Shown piece by piece: positions 12,688 through 26,607 of a stretch of 64,000 bases of DNA. The DNA lies in NCBI GenBank assembly GCA_964057225.1, contig OZ059896.1, positions 16,058,001-16,122,000 of the forward strand, written 5' to 3'. The DNA comes from Auanema rhodensis (Eukaryota; Animalia; Nematoda). The notes under the pieces were generated by a model. The model was not told the DNA's origin, did not search any database, and saw only the letters and a list, made by a program, of their open reading frames with translations. The first letter of the stretch is position 1. Every line of letters starts with the position of its first letter. The position numbers and the translations under genes are program-made.

Positions 12688-15600
12688 TTATGAGTGAGTG
12701 GTAATGACTTCCTTTCCAGTACCACGTACGAACAGAACTCTATTGATGTTATCAGAAAGAACTTCCAAGTAGTGTACGTAATCATCAAGATCTGAATAAA
12801 GTACAGTTAAGCCAAGAACAATGTTAATGTAAGACTTACTTTCGCGACCACGTGGTGGTTTTGGTAAATTCAATAAGACCAACTGGCTGTTCAATGAATG
12901 TTCAATGATAAGCTCATTCAATCTAACAGCGGTATGCATCTTGTGAACCTATGAAAAAATTTTTAAAAGAAAAATTGAGGATAGAGATATACCTTGCTTC
13001 TATCGAGAGCTCTAAGTTTCTCCTTCTTGGTCTTTTCCTTCTTTTCTTCTTCATGCTTTTCTTCCTTGCCTCCTTCTTCGGAATCTGAACCATTGTCATT
13101 GGCCTGAGTGGTACCAGTTGGTTCATTCAAACCTCCATCCTTCTTATCATCTTCCTCATTCTTCTTCTGTTCCTTTTCACGTTGTTCGGCAAGTACCAAA
13201 GGCTAGAAATAAAAACTTGAAACAGCCGAAGCAATATCTCTAAGCTTACAGATATCTTTTTAGGGTTAGGGTGTCCATTAACAGATAAAGTGTTAGAGCG
13301 GACATCTTGCATCTGCTTCATAACCATAGTTCTTTCCTCCATGAGAAGAGTTCTTTCGAAGGCATTCTTTGAGATTTCAGGATCAGCCAATTCAACAATC
13401 TAAAAATAGTTAAGTTACCGTATTCTACAGGTTGAAATCTCACCAAAATCTTAGCATCAATACGGAGTTGGTATACATATTGTTGAAGTTCTTGTTGCAT
13501 CTTCAAGTTGTTATCACTTTCTTGGGCAATAGCGATGATACGAAGTTTACATCCTCTCCAGACCTTAGATTACAGAGGCTTACAGTGTAAACCGGGAACT
13601 AGGCAAACTAACCTTGTGTTGTTTCAAGAGGTAAGCAATCAAAAGACAGAGACCACCATCCTGAACGATCCAGTAAACATCGATGAATCCTTGAAGTTTG
13701 AAGACACTTGGGAAGTCGATAATACCCTTGGCAACCAAGAGGCACATATCCATAGCGCAAGCAGCATGAAGCTTGTCTATAGAAAACTGATTATCAGAAT
13801 ATTAATTGAAATACCATACCAGTGAAGGTGCTGTACTCAGAGTCAGAAGCTTCAGAAGCTCCACGTTCATGTACAGGCCAAGAGATAAGCATAGTATTGG
13901 GCTTGAGTCCTCCAAGACCAACGGATTGAATAAGAGTAGCAATAGAACCGTGAATTTGAGTTTCATCGTGAACAAGAGTCTTAGCAAAACCGCGAAGTCT
14001 GCATTGGTTCATATCAAAGTCCATACGAGATTTAATCTGAATATGACCAAAATTAAAATGACCAACAGAAAGCTCAATCATACCTGTTCTGCTCTCTTTC
14101 TGTCATCAGCGCTAGTTGGGTTTCCACGGATGAAAGAGGTGACAACAGTCAATCCCTTACCAGCCTTCAGTTGAGAAGCTAAGTTCAAAAGGTTCAAATA
14201 TCTGACATCAACGAGTTCCTTAGCCCATGGCATAGAAAGAATAATGAGAAGTTGTGGTCTAGAAAAAAACAAATACTCGATATACTCTAACCATATCAAT
14301 TACCTCCAGTTCTTTGGATGAGGCTCCTTATCTTCGATCTTCATCAAGGAATATTGGGCGGTAGTCAAAGCCAATCCACGGATTCCATCTCCCCATTCCT
14401 TCTTGGCTCTGTAACAGCATAAGCGGTATTATAAAATTTGAAAAATATCTGCATTACCCCTTCCATTCGACGTATTTGTAGATGAGAAGGCAGAGAGCGC
14501 AAGAGATGAGAGCATAATCCCAATGAGTAGAGAACATGATGAATAAGCAGAGTCCAGCTCCAAGAAGGGAAAGAGACCAGTGGTAGTACTTGAATCTTGG
14601 TCTCCAATTAGGAGCTCCCAACAAAGAGTGAAGAGCACAGATAAGGTTAACGAATGCATAACACATCAAGAAGAAGAAATCAACGACGGCAGCGATGTTG
14701 TCCATAGCACCCATAAGAATAGCGAGCTCAGCAATAATGGTTGTGATGACAAGACTGAAGAAAATAAGTTTCTCAAGGTAAATAAAAACTAATCTTACCC
14801 AAGGAAAGGTTCATTGCTCTGAGTAACCTTCTTGAAGGGAGAGAGGAAAGGAATAACCTCATCCTTAGCAATACTTTGGAGAAGACGAGGAGCTGAGCAC
14901 AAGCACTGAAGAGCAGCTCCAAAAGTGGACAAGAAAGATCCAATGAGAAGAACCCATGGTGATGGCCAAGATAACAAAGCAACAATCATATTACCTCCCA
15001 CAGATTGACCATTCCTAAACGATTAAGAGCGTTTAGATTTCAAAACATAGAAAAAGCTAACTTGTCACGAAGTACGTTTCCATCAATAGCTGCTCCGAAT
15101 ACAAAAGCCAATGAGAAGTAGATGAAAGAAGTAGTCAAGGTAGCAGCGATTGTTCCAGTTGGAATAGATTTTTGAGGATTTTTCAAGTCACCTATAAGAT
15201 AGCAACTTATTAGAAGAATGCAAAGTTGTAAAGCTTACCACTCATGTTAGCTCCAGTGAAAATTCCTGTTACGGCAGGGAAGTAAATAGCCAAAAGAACC
15301 CAGAAAGACGTTTTCACATCCTATAAAACACGATATAGCAAGTGAATATTTAAAAAATAAGAATAAGAAATTTACCTGGAAGACATCGGTAGAGAGGTTA
15401 GCCTCAAGGTTTGGAGTAGCATAGAACTTTCCAACATATTGGGGAGCAATGTTATCTAACAATTACAATAAATTAATTGATAGAAAAGATAAGAAGACAT
15501 ACCGACAAGGGCGTTACTCTTGAATCCAGGGAATCCATTGACACATGAAAGGCTTTGAGAAAGAAGAGCATCAGCACAGGTACCATTTCCACAGATATTT

Positions 15601-17089
15601 TGTACAATGAGTGGGTTACTGTATGATTTCAAAATTATATAAAAAAGTGGAAAAAAAATGAAAACCTGAAGGTGCAATAGTCACAGATATCTTCCATACT
15701 GGCATTTGAAGGTAATAGGATTTTAGATTGAAGAAGCTTAGGACCATACATGCAAACTCTTAACGAGTATAAATATTAGAAGAAAATTTGAATGAACCAC
15801 AATTACCTTTGTCCAACATCAGGATTCAAAGTCTTTTCAATACCACCAGCATAGCAAGCCAAAATTGAGCAAATAACACAAACTAAAGACACCTACAAAA
15901 AAGTATTACAGTCAAATTATTGTGACAAGAAATTGAAAAAACTCACAGGAGCCAACATTTGTACAAACTTGACACCCATAGCAACAATAACAAACTCAAG
16001 AAGTAACAGGATAGTAGAATAGAAACGAAGATTGTTAGTCATCATTCCAAAGGTACCTAATCACAATAACAGTAAATAAGGTCAAATAATTGAAAAAGCA
16101 TACCTGTGTCTTGTTGAGCTTCAACACCTCCGATGGTTAATCCAGGGAAGATATAGAGCTACAATTAAGAAACATAGTAAAATCAAAATATTTTATTTTA
16201 ATCTTACCAATAAAATCTCGACACCTCCTACCAGATACATAGAAGTAGCTACGGTATTGGCAAGGTAAAACAGTAATCCAACAGCTGTACCGAACTCCGG
16301 TCCCAGATTCCTAGATATCATAAAGTACGCCCCTCCACTTTCAACAACTCCATTAGTGGCAACAGCAGAGATAGAAATACAAGTGAGGAAAGTCTAAAAA
16401 AAGAGTTAAATGAGATCAATCATCATGGAGAACACGACAAAGAAAAAACTTACACAAAGGCAGCAAAGGAAGAGAAGAAGGAAAGTTTGACCAAGACCAG
16501 CAATACCGACGACCCAGAACAATCTAATAAACATAGTAACTCCAAGGATATGTTGAATTGTGGGAAGATATACTCCCAACATTACTCCTAAATCAGCCTA
16601 AACAAGAGACAGTTTTAAAAAATTAGTATGAATACAACAGAAATACTTTTTTCTTTTGGTTTTCACTCTGAGCTCTTTCATTTGGACCAGGAGTGACGTG
16701 TGCTTTTAAGTAACTAGAGAAAAATGGCATAGATGGTTCTTCGAATAAAGCAAGGTTGTGATTTCCTTCTTTTCCATTTCCACCCCATGAAAAGAGTTCT
16801 CCTGAAAATTAAAGTTTAGAACAAAACATGAGAATATTATTGTAGTACTGTGACTATTATCTCTTGAAATTGAGCCAGCCGAATGGGGGTCAAGCCGTAA
16901 CGAAAACCTTGAAGCAACTTTACTGAGAAAACTTCTATTTGAATGAGTATTTGAATGGGTAGGACTTTTACAAACAGGAACAGAAGGAGTTGATGTAGTA
17001 GCTTCTTCTTCGAGAAGACTTTTATCATCGTCGCCTCCGACGACTATTGTTATTGAGCCTTTAGCAGGCCCGTTCCCACTGTTGCTCAT
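12688..17089 (-). CDS. kcc-2: K-Cl cotransporter (SLC12A4-7 family): core exons plus proximal alternative first exon
   Basis: TM1 [64 protein letters not shown], and C-terminus LLNLPKPP...[17 protein letters not shown] (stop 12688-12690). First exon 17089-16849 ([11 protein letters not shown]...) splices in frame to exon 16801. The family is certain; kcc-2 versus kcc-1 is inferred from the multi-promoter structure. Confidence 0.93.
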
Positions 17090-20000
17090 CAAGAAGCTAA
17101 ACAAGTCCAAGATATGATATCTGACACGAACGAACATGACACAGAAACAGTACTAATAGTCAGTTTTGAAACATAATACGCCAAATAAACGTTGGATACT
17201 CAAAAATAAATAAATAAAATAATGTCTGATAAAATGCATAAAGAGAAAAGGAAAGTGAATCAGATGTATTCCTATGATGACTGTAGTCTTATCACAGGAA
17301 TGTGTGGGAGGTACCTTATTGCTATCAGTGCCTTTTCAAAGTTTTAAGAAACACAAACAATTTTTCAGCCAAAACTTCAATCTCTCTAACATCTCTTAAC
17401 TATCCGTTAAAAAAAATGGCGATCTCCACAAGTACTTGACTGAATACTAGCAAGCAATGAGTCATGGATTTAAAGATCGGTTACTTACATCGGTTACTTA
17501 AGAGACAAGACAGCTTATTTAAGTCAAAAATTCAATAAAATACCTATAAACAAGAGTAAAATTGTAAGAAAAACAGGAAGTTGTTCAAAAAGCTTGAAAT
17601 TGAACTTAAAAAATATAATCGTGAAAAAGGACGCGGACATGTCATTCATATAGAACAGATGTAGTCAGACATGTGTACACGAAGAATTGAAGCAGATGGT
17701 CATTTGAAAATAGCTAAGGAATAAGGTATCTAATTGAGTACTAATGCTCTAATGGACATTTCCTTTATGGGACAAACAGAGAGGTAGTTCCAGAAGAAAG
17801 GTCATACACATCCACAAAGACATAACGCTTCACACAATGGCTCTGTCTTATAAGGCAGTCGAGCAGAAAACTGAGATATTTGTAAACAAAATTTAAATTC
17901 AAAAGTCAAAAGGATTTAAAGATGATAAAAAAGTTCAAATTTAATTGAGGTAATTAGGATAATTAAAAAGTTTAAAATACACCGATTATTAGAGTTCATT
18001 TCTTTCTGTATGATTAATAGTATTTTGTAATTTCTCACAGCCGCAATTGCGTATTTAATCGAAAAAGGAGATTAAAAAATTAAATTTTCAGAGAAAGTTC
18101 ATATTCTTTATAAAGATAAGAGATGTTTCATGATTCATTACTATTTCAAACGAGTGGAAAATAGTGTGGAAGAACATGAAGTTATCATTGGAATAGGGCC
18201 TTTTAGTAGAACGCTTTAGTAAAATTAATTTGCCAAATTGGAGAAAAAACCAAATTGTGAGAAGAGAGGAAATGATAGTAATTTCCGATGTGTTTTTAGA
18301 TAAAACACATTAAAAAAAGTTTTCATCAGGAAATATAATCCAAATCAATAGTACACCCATCAAATATCCTTTTTTGGAGGAAGAGTTACTGAAGTGGCTA
18401 TAAGAAGTAATGAGAGGAAATGTAGTGGAACGAACATTGACATTCAGCCATATCTTTTCTGAGTATAAATTAGATATGGTTGCAGAGCAGAATATTTGAT
18501 AAAAAAAGAAAACATCATCTATAGCAGAAGTAATAAATCCAAACTGGACATATACTACACGAACGTCTGCAGAAGATTTTTAAGACTAACTAATGAACGA
18601 AACTTCTTGAATAAGAGCAAACACATTTGAAGTGGGACATGTACAGCAGGCAAATACCTTAGTGTCTCTCTGTCTGGGTAACTGTGGGAACGAGAACAAC
18701 AGACTAGTTAGTTGGAGATTATTGCCAACTTTGTAAGCATACTATTGTAGATTAGTCAAAAAATTACTTTCAATGTGTAAGTATTTGAGCAAGATGACGA
18801 TTTAAGTTCTGATGAACTTTGAGAAACTCATTTCTTCTTATTGGAAAAATGGCTCCCAAAAGAAATAAAGATAGAGGAATTAGAAGAAAAGTTACAAAAT
18901 ACACTGCAGACCACCAGAAAAGGAGGAAAGTTGGAGCAAAAAGATGAACTTGAAACTGAACTGAGGTGATAAGAATAAGGGTAAAAGATGAAATGATGAA
19001 TCAAAGATTGTGATGGCATTTCAGATGAAATCTAATGCGACAAACATTATAGTTTCGGTTTTGATGTTATGTGAGCCTCTCCACTTCCCTTCTCTTCTTG
19101 TTTTCTTTTCTCTCTCCTCTCTCTCTGTCTGTGTTATCTGCCTGCACACTCCTATTCACAGTTATGCTTTTCGTCAGAGTTTTTCTCCTTTCTGATCTCT
19201 TTTCTATACATCTGTTCAAACGTTGTCCATATTTGGAAAGTGATTGTATTAAAAATTAGAAACAGAGAGACTTTTGGAGTTGTTATCAATCGTACCATAT
19301 CAGATTAGTACAAGACTTTTCCTTATTTTAATACAATAGAATAGGAAAAAGTAGAAGAGAGTTTACTAAAACGAGAAAGAGAGAATGTGAGACAAGACAA
19401 AGATAGAATGAGAGAAGTAAAGAGATCCTTGTACGCTGACTGAAGAAGTAAAGTAGAATGATAGGAAGCCCAAAGAAAGCTATCGACAGATTAAACTATT
19501 AGTTATATTCACCATATAGTTGTATGGTTTAAACATAGCAAAGAGAGAGTCTCTGAATCCTTCACGTTCTCTACTTCTATCCTTTTCTCCTCCTCCTCTC
19601 TCCTTATTCTCGTTTGCTCACACTCCTTCAGACTGTTTCTTACAAAATAGAAAGCAAGATAATGTTATGACCATTGTCATTGTATCTCTATTCATAATTC
19701 CATATTAGTATATACATGTCATTTTTTCATGTTTAACTTCAGAAAATGGATTTTGAGCAATAAAATGAACGACTTCATGTTCAATCTTACATCAATGAAA
19801 CAGCATGATATTTGGAAAACAAGGTTGAGCAAAGTTAGATTAAACTTCAAGGATATTATGTGTTTGATGTCCTTGATTTGTCATCTAATATCTCATAATA
19901 AGACAATTTAGATCCCATTATGAAACTTTTAAATTTGAAATTTTGAAGAAATGATCATTAAAATTTATGATTTCCTTCAAAAACTCTCTTTCAACATTAT

Positions 20001-20890
20001 TTTTCAACAAAAAAAAGATAAGAAGAGTATGAATCTTCCGGAATTTATCGTTGAGTGTAATTAAAATTTGAGAAAATGGTATATCAAAGAAGCCGCTTAC
20101 ATGATAACTAGACAACAGAGACTATTGAAGTCAAATAGTTTCAGTTTTGAGAAAATGACAAAAAATTTGTGAATTTTCATGTTCTAATCAACTAATTGAT
20201 CTGATTGTACGATCAAGAATAGTATAAAATAATTAAAAGAAATTGTATGAAAAAGGAAAAATATAACGAAAGTTTCAAAAATTTATATAAATTTAGAAAT
20301 AATAAATGATTATAGATATGTATTATTACATAACTAATTTTAAAATCAATTTTAGAATTCTTTTCTAAAAATGAATATATAAAGGTAAAAATGGAAAAAC
20401 ATATTATTTTTCTATTTTATTCTTTAGATTACTCTTCAATACATAGATGTATGTATGTATGTATATTGTGTATAAGACAATACAATATGTTCTTTGATAA
20501 GATGTAATTTTCATTTTTTCCTTTCTAAAAAGCTTTTACTCTTCTTATATAATTCAATTTTAAAAAAAAAAGGAATATGAAGAAATTATATAAAATATTT
20601 TATATTTTTAGTTAATTTTTCTAAAAATTTATGATTTAAATCTAAAAATCATAATCTAGGTTTTTATTGCAAAAAAAAGATGATGAATTAGTTTGAATGA
20701 AATAAACTACAAAGAATAATCAAATAATAAAAATTGAACATATTTTAGTTATCTGCATGTGATAAGAATTAATATATTTTTCAGAGAAAAGTTTTAATTT
20801 TGATAAGCTTCAGTGCAATAATTAGGGTTTTACAATCCCATACATATCATTATGCCAATTTATGGCACCTTCCTTTTTTTCAAACATCCC

Positions 20891-20892
20891 TT

Positions 20893-20962
<70 letters not shown>
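20891..20962. repeat. Imperfect (CT)n microsatellite
   Basis: CT dinucleotide run with interruptions. Confidence 0.9.
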
Positions 20963-20970
<8 letters not shown>

Positions 20971-21209
20971 CCTCTTGTCACATTTATTTTCTTTCATCGT
21001 TTGAAGCAAGATCATTAATTGAGCGTAAACGATTATTTTAGAAATTAAGCTTTGGGTCACAGTTAGCTCTTCCGAAATAAAAAAAGAATCTCAATCTCAG
21101 GAAATGTGATGGCTTTTTATAAGGAGAAACGGCTTACTCTTCAGCATTGTGGCTCAGAATTTCATTTTTTTTGAAAAAGAAATGAAAAAAATATAAATGA
21201 ATGACTTAC

Positions 21210-24200
21210 TGTCTCCCATACTGGCTGTTGATACATTGCGGTTTCGTTCCTCCAGTCCTATGCCATTGGCTCTGAAATTAAAAAAAAGTTTGCTTGTCAT
21301 ATCATTCAAAATAAATTTCTTTTCAATACATATGTATATATATATATATATATAAATATATTCCAAAACAATATTATTGAACAATATGAAAATCTTTGAT
21401 TTCTGTCATTTCATCTGCTGTTCAACAAATCATTTTTTAGTATTTGTTTTGATTTTTCTTCAAATTTATTTCCATATCAGCATGTATGACGATGTTTTCG
21501 GACATTTTTTCATAAAACAATACAAGAAATGAATCATTAGAAATCAAAAATTATTTTATAATTTTCTTGAACTGTATCGATAGATCTTCATATATGCATT
21601 ACATGAACTAAATTTGACCTTTCATCGTTTAGAAAAGTTAACAACGCCCTCATCAACTTCTTTATTTATGTTTATATACAAATATATTATAAATATAATT
21701 TATATATATATAGAGAGAGAGAAAAGTTTGATTATGCTTTTGATGTGAAACATCAACTCAAGCTTATTCATAAATAATCTTATGATTATATTAACATAAT
21801 CATGATCGTATGCTTGTATATATCATTCTAACTTAATTCAAAAATAATATTAAAAATTCTTACTGGTTAGATAATGATATAATTGCTTTTTCAAGCATAA
21901 TAAACTAACATTGAAGTTGCACTTTGTCATTCAAACATCAACATCAGTAAGTTACAAAGTTGTGTGCAGCTTGAATCACATGGAAATATGTCAAATCCAC
22001 GTGTTTCAATATGCTAAACCATATATAGAATATGATCACATGTTGTGTATGTGATATCATTATGCTTGTAAATTTGAAAAAAGTCTTATCAATAAGGTCG
22101 AATACAACAAAACATCTTTTACAAAGCTATAATAACAGCTTCTGTTTCAATTTATAATTTATAATTTAGTGATATTAGTACTCAAAAAAAAAAAGGAAAA
22201 TTATATAGGATGTAAAGGAATGTTTTAATTTCACACCAAATTATCAACAAAAATTTGCTATAGGTTAAGCATAACTGACAGATAATCATGATCGCCTTTC
22301 ATCATCAAACTTCTATTTTCTGATTACTATGTATGAGTCATGTATCATATCAATTATAAATATCAGATCATATATGATCATCAGATTCTTTAACTATTTC
22401 TAATATTAATTGTTATTTTAGTTAAATTTCTTCTTAAACTTTTCAGATAAATCTTACGCATTCTCCGGTGATACGATGATTTCGGGGGGGGTGACTTTTT
22501 CGTCATCCATCACCAGACTCCGCCACCACGACGATTGACGACGTCTGCAACAGAAATGCAATAGCCATGGAAAAATTACCAAATGAGGTCATTTAGATTA
22601 GTATTGGATGATTTTAAGAGAAAATAGAGTTATAATATGCATATACATATGTATATACATATAGTTAAAGATTATATGCTATAGGAAGATGGTAAAATTC
22701 ATATAGTTAGTAGATAGTTGAAGGAAAAAAATCATTTCTTAGTAATTCTTGTTTAATCTTATGCATAATTTAAATTTTTTGATTTTTCCTTCATTTCTTA
22801 GTATTTTTGGCATCAATTATCATCCAATCATGATTTCATATCTCTGAGAATTCTATATGATTTCCCAGCCGTTGTTCAAATTGTTTCAATTTTGCGATCA
22901 AATTGTGACATTCGAGAGTATAAAAGTTGGAACATTTTTCAAAAATCAAATAATCTTATCATTTCTCTAAATAACTGTAGCTTGTATATTCTTCTTTCTT
23001 TATATTTTTCTTTGTCTATTCTAATCATAACGGAAAATACTCCCATTTATCACTTTTTTTATCAAGTAATAGCTACTGATCAAGAGAAATGATGAAAATG
23101 ATAATTCCATTCTAGTCGTTGATTATTAAATTCTGTTCTGAGATGTTTTCCCTTCCTCTTTCTCTCATTCTCTCTCTCCCTCTCTCTCTCTCTCTCTTGT
23201 TCTCTTTTTCCAGTGAAAGTACATGTTTGAAATATTTTAGAAAGAATCAGATATTGAGCAAACTTTTAATATTATGTGTTTGCTTTTTTTGAGTCAACTC
23301 TCAAGGTAAGAGCTGTTTTCTTTAAGAATTCTCTCTCATTATTTTTTAATAAATACGAATGAATGAAAGTAAAATTTGTTTAAGAAAAAAACGAAAAAGC
23401 TTATTGTGAATATGAAATATGCTTATCTAATAAAATAAATTAAGTAAATTATTCATCCGAATATTAACATTATATCTTTGTTGATTGTAATGTTTACATG
23501 TTAATATATGATGAAAAAACTGATTTTTCCGTAAATTTACAATGAGATTATGAAAAAGGACAAAGTTTTCAATGTTTCTTGTTTTTTAATCAGATTATTG
23601 ATAAGAAATTTGAAAAAAAAAACATTGAAAGTCTGTTTAGCTTATCACATGATATGTTTTCATTTAATTCCCTTTTCTCATTTTTTTAAATTCAAAAATA
23701 GTAAAAATACAAAACATAGAAAATCAGTTTGTAACAAAAAAACTCGGAAAAGTTGAAAATAAATGAGAAGGAATATCGAAATCAGGCTTGAAAATGTTTT
23801 AATGTTATTTTTGCTGCTCTCATAATCGACAACTTTCTGACAAGTAAAAAGAAAGAAAATAAGTCTTAATTGGAAGTTTTTAAAATATTATTTCAAACTT
23901 GAATATGACCTTGGCTGATAATTGATTATTAGTATTTATATAAATAAATTCGAAATTCTATACTGGTTCTAGTGCGCCTGTGGGTTGAAAGGTGGTTGTG
24001 GGGGTGGGTTGGTTATAGAGAGAAATACGTTTCAGATGTTACTAGTTGGACAGGGTATAAACGACCGTTTATAAGTTGAGAGAGTAAAGAGAAAGAGATT
24101 GATAGTGTGTGTGTGAGAGAGAGAGAAAGAAAGAAGAAGGGGGAGGGGGGTTAATATGGGGTAGGTAATTGAAACAGAAATGAACATACACCTTAGATTT

Positions 24201-26565
24201 AAATGATGACGTCGGAGAAAAAAGAGAATTATTTTTAAATATTTGATCTCTAAAAATAATAAATTGAATTTATATATTATGCAGGACTAAGTATGAAGTA
24301 TGAAATATAAATTAAAAATATTAGATGAATTGTTTGGATGATATAAGGGATATGAATATCTGTGTTAGAGCTTTGGATAAGAAATTAGATGCAGAAAGAT
24401 GATTATGATGATGATGATGAAGAAGAAGAAGATGAAAATGACGGTGATGAGAAAAGGAAATACATAGTTATTACATGTATAGATAATGTTTGATGTCAAT
24501 GAGATTTAAAGGTAAATCAATTACAAACTGTGTCTCATCATCTTGTGTGTGTGTGTGTGTGATCGAGGGTAAGTTGAAACAACTACATAGAACCCGAGAA
24601 AGTGCAGGAGAATGAAGAATAGCACATTCAGACAAAAAAAAAACAGAAAATTGGATTAATAGAGGCTGTAGAAACTGAGTTAGAATGAGCAGAACGGGGT
24701 GAGACAGGAGAGTAGAAGGGGGTGGGGGGTATTAGAGCGAAAGTGGAAAGGTTTTGATTTTGCTGCTTGTGGTTGAGCTGAAGCAGCTGATGCAGAAGCT
24801 TGGTGTGAAGTTCAAACTGTTACCATTTTGGCTGAAGTTGAGTGTTGTTCTTAGAAAGTGAAACAGTCTGACTATGAATGGCAAAAATTCTAAAAGTATT
24901 TGCCAAATGAAAAGAAAAAGGTTTCTTTCATCCTGCTCGGGAGTTGATGAAGATTTTGATCAGGAATTTTTTTAAAATTTGAAATGAATAGGATAGATTG
25001 TTGAAGAATAGAGGGAATAATTGGTAATGAAGATGGACTTTAACAGACGAGGAAGAGAAATAGAGAGAGAGAGATAGAGAAGAGGTGGAGAGAAAGAGGT
25101 AATATTCACAATTCCTATGGTCATAGAGAGGATATTCAAAAAATATGCAAATGACCATCAGAATAGGTGGCCAAATATGGTGAATATGTTGAAAGAGGGA
25201 GAAAGAAACAAAAAAAAAAGAAAAGAGTTGATGAAAGAATCGAATGATTAGGCTTGATGAGGGATGACGATAAAACTGATAAAGTAAAGTTGACATTCAT
25301 GTTATGACAACAGAATAAGATGAGATGTGGTATATCTGGTAAATGAATGTTGTAGACGATGTGCACATCAGTTTGAACTTGATGACGTCATCAGATCAAC
25401 ATGGTATAGAAAAGGGCAATAGTTATGCTGATGAAGACGAGATGTTGGCTAGTGATGATAATGATGTTGATGATGTCGATGATTATATCATCATATCGAT
25501 AAGTAAATGGATATGCTGAACGAATCACGGATGGTGGTACTGATGATCCTGGTAGTTGTATTGGTGAAAGGATGAGCGTCTGATTGCCGTGGAAGGAAGA
25601 AAGAGAGCGAGAGCGCGAGTAAACTCGAGATAAAGAGAGAGAAAGAAGAAGAGAGAGAGAGAGATAGAGGAAAGGATAAGGTACGCGGAAAAGGATAAGA
25701 TGTTAATACAATTTAAAGGAATTCCGGGTTGTATTTAAGATTCACAAGAGAATAGAATCAGAAAAATAGAGATAATAGACGAATGAACTGAACGTGTAGG
25801 CAGACATCTGAATACCTTGAATTCGTTGTGATGATAATAGCCTAAAGTTGTGATATGTAGAATGTATTCATTGATTGGTTATCCCAATGATTCTGAATTC
25901 TCCACGGAAGCAGAAAATTGATATATAATAGTCGAATGACGATAGTGTTGCCACCATATTTGGAGAAAAAGAGAGCAAAGGATGATAATTCAAAGAGAAT
26001 GAATGAAGAACCTTGTATTAAGATAATCAGTAGGAACGTGAGATACAATAGTATTTGGACTAAATTCATGACAAAGTATTCGGAAATACATCTTATGGAC
26101 AGAAGATAGATCAAACTTGGCTTGCGTCTGCTGTCTGAACATGACAGGCCCACCTCAGAAGAAGTAAGACAAGAATCACATTTGCCGTTTTAAAAAATCA
26201 AACTATTTTTCAAAATATAATTCAAATTCAAATATTATCTAATATAATTAATTATATTAAACTTTTTCAAAGCTAAAAAAACAAATAAAAACCTAATAAC
26301 TTACCCCATAGCTGGAGGTGAATCGGGTGTCTCAAAGACGACGACTGAAGCCTTTTTCGTTGGTGGGGGAGCTCCACGAACGGCCTGAAGTTAATATAAT
26401 AAGTAAACAGCCAGTGGTAAAGAAAAGTTTTTTTTAATTAAAAGGCTCATTAATAATTCTTTTTCGGAATCTGTAATTATAACTGTTAATTCTTAAATAT
26501 TTTGTCAGATTACAGAACTATACTTTGCAGCTTTACGATCATTTTCTCTCTCTCTCTCTCTCTGA

Positions 26566-26607
<42 letters not shown>

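Noticed and set aside
13508-14792. Plus-strand ORFs of 70-122 aa
   Set aside because: Antisense shadows of KCC coding exons
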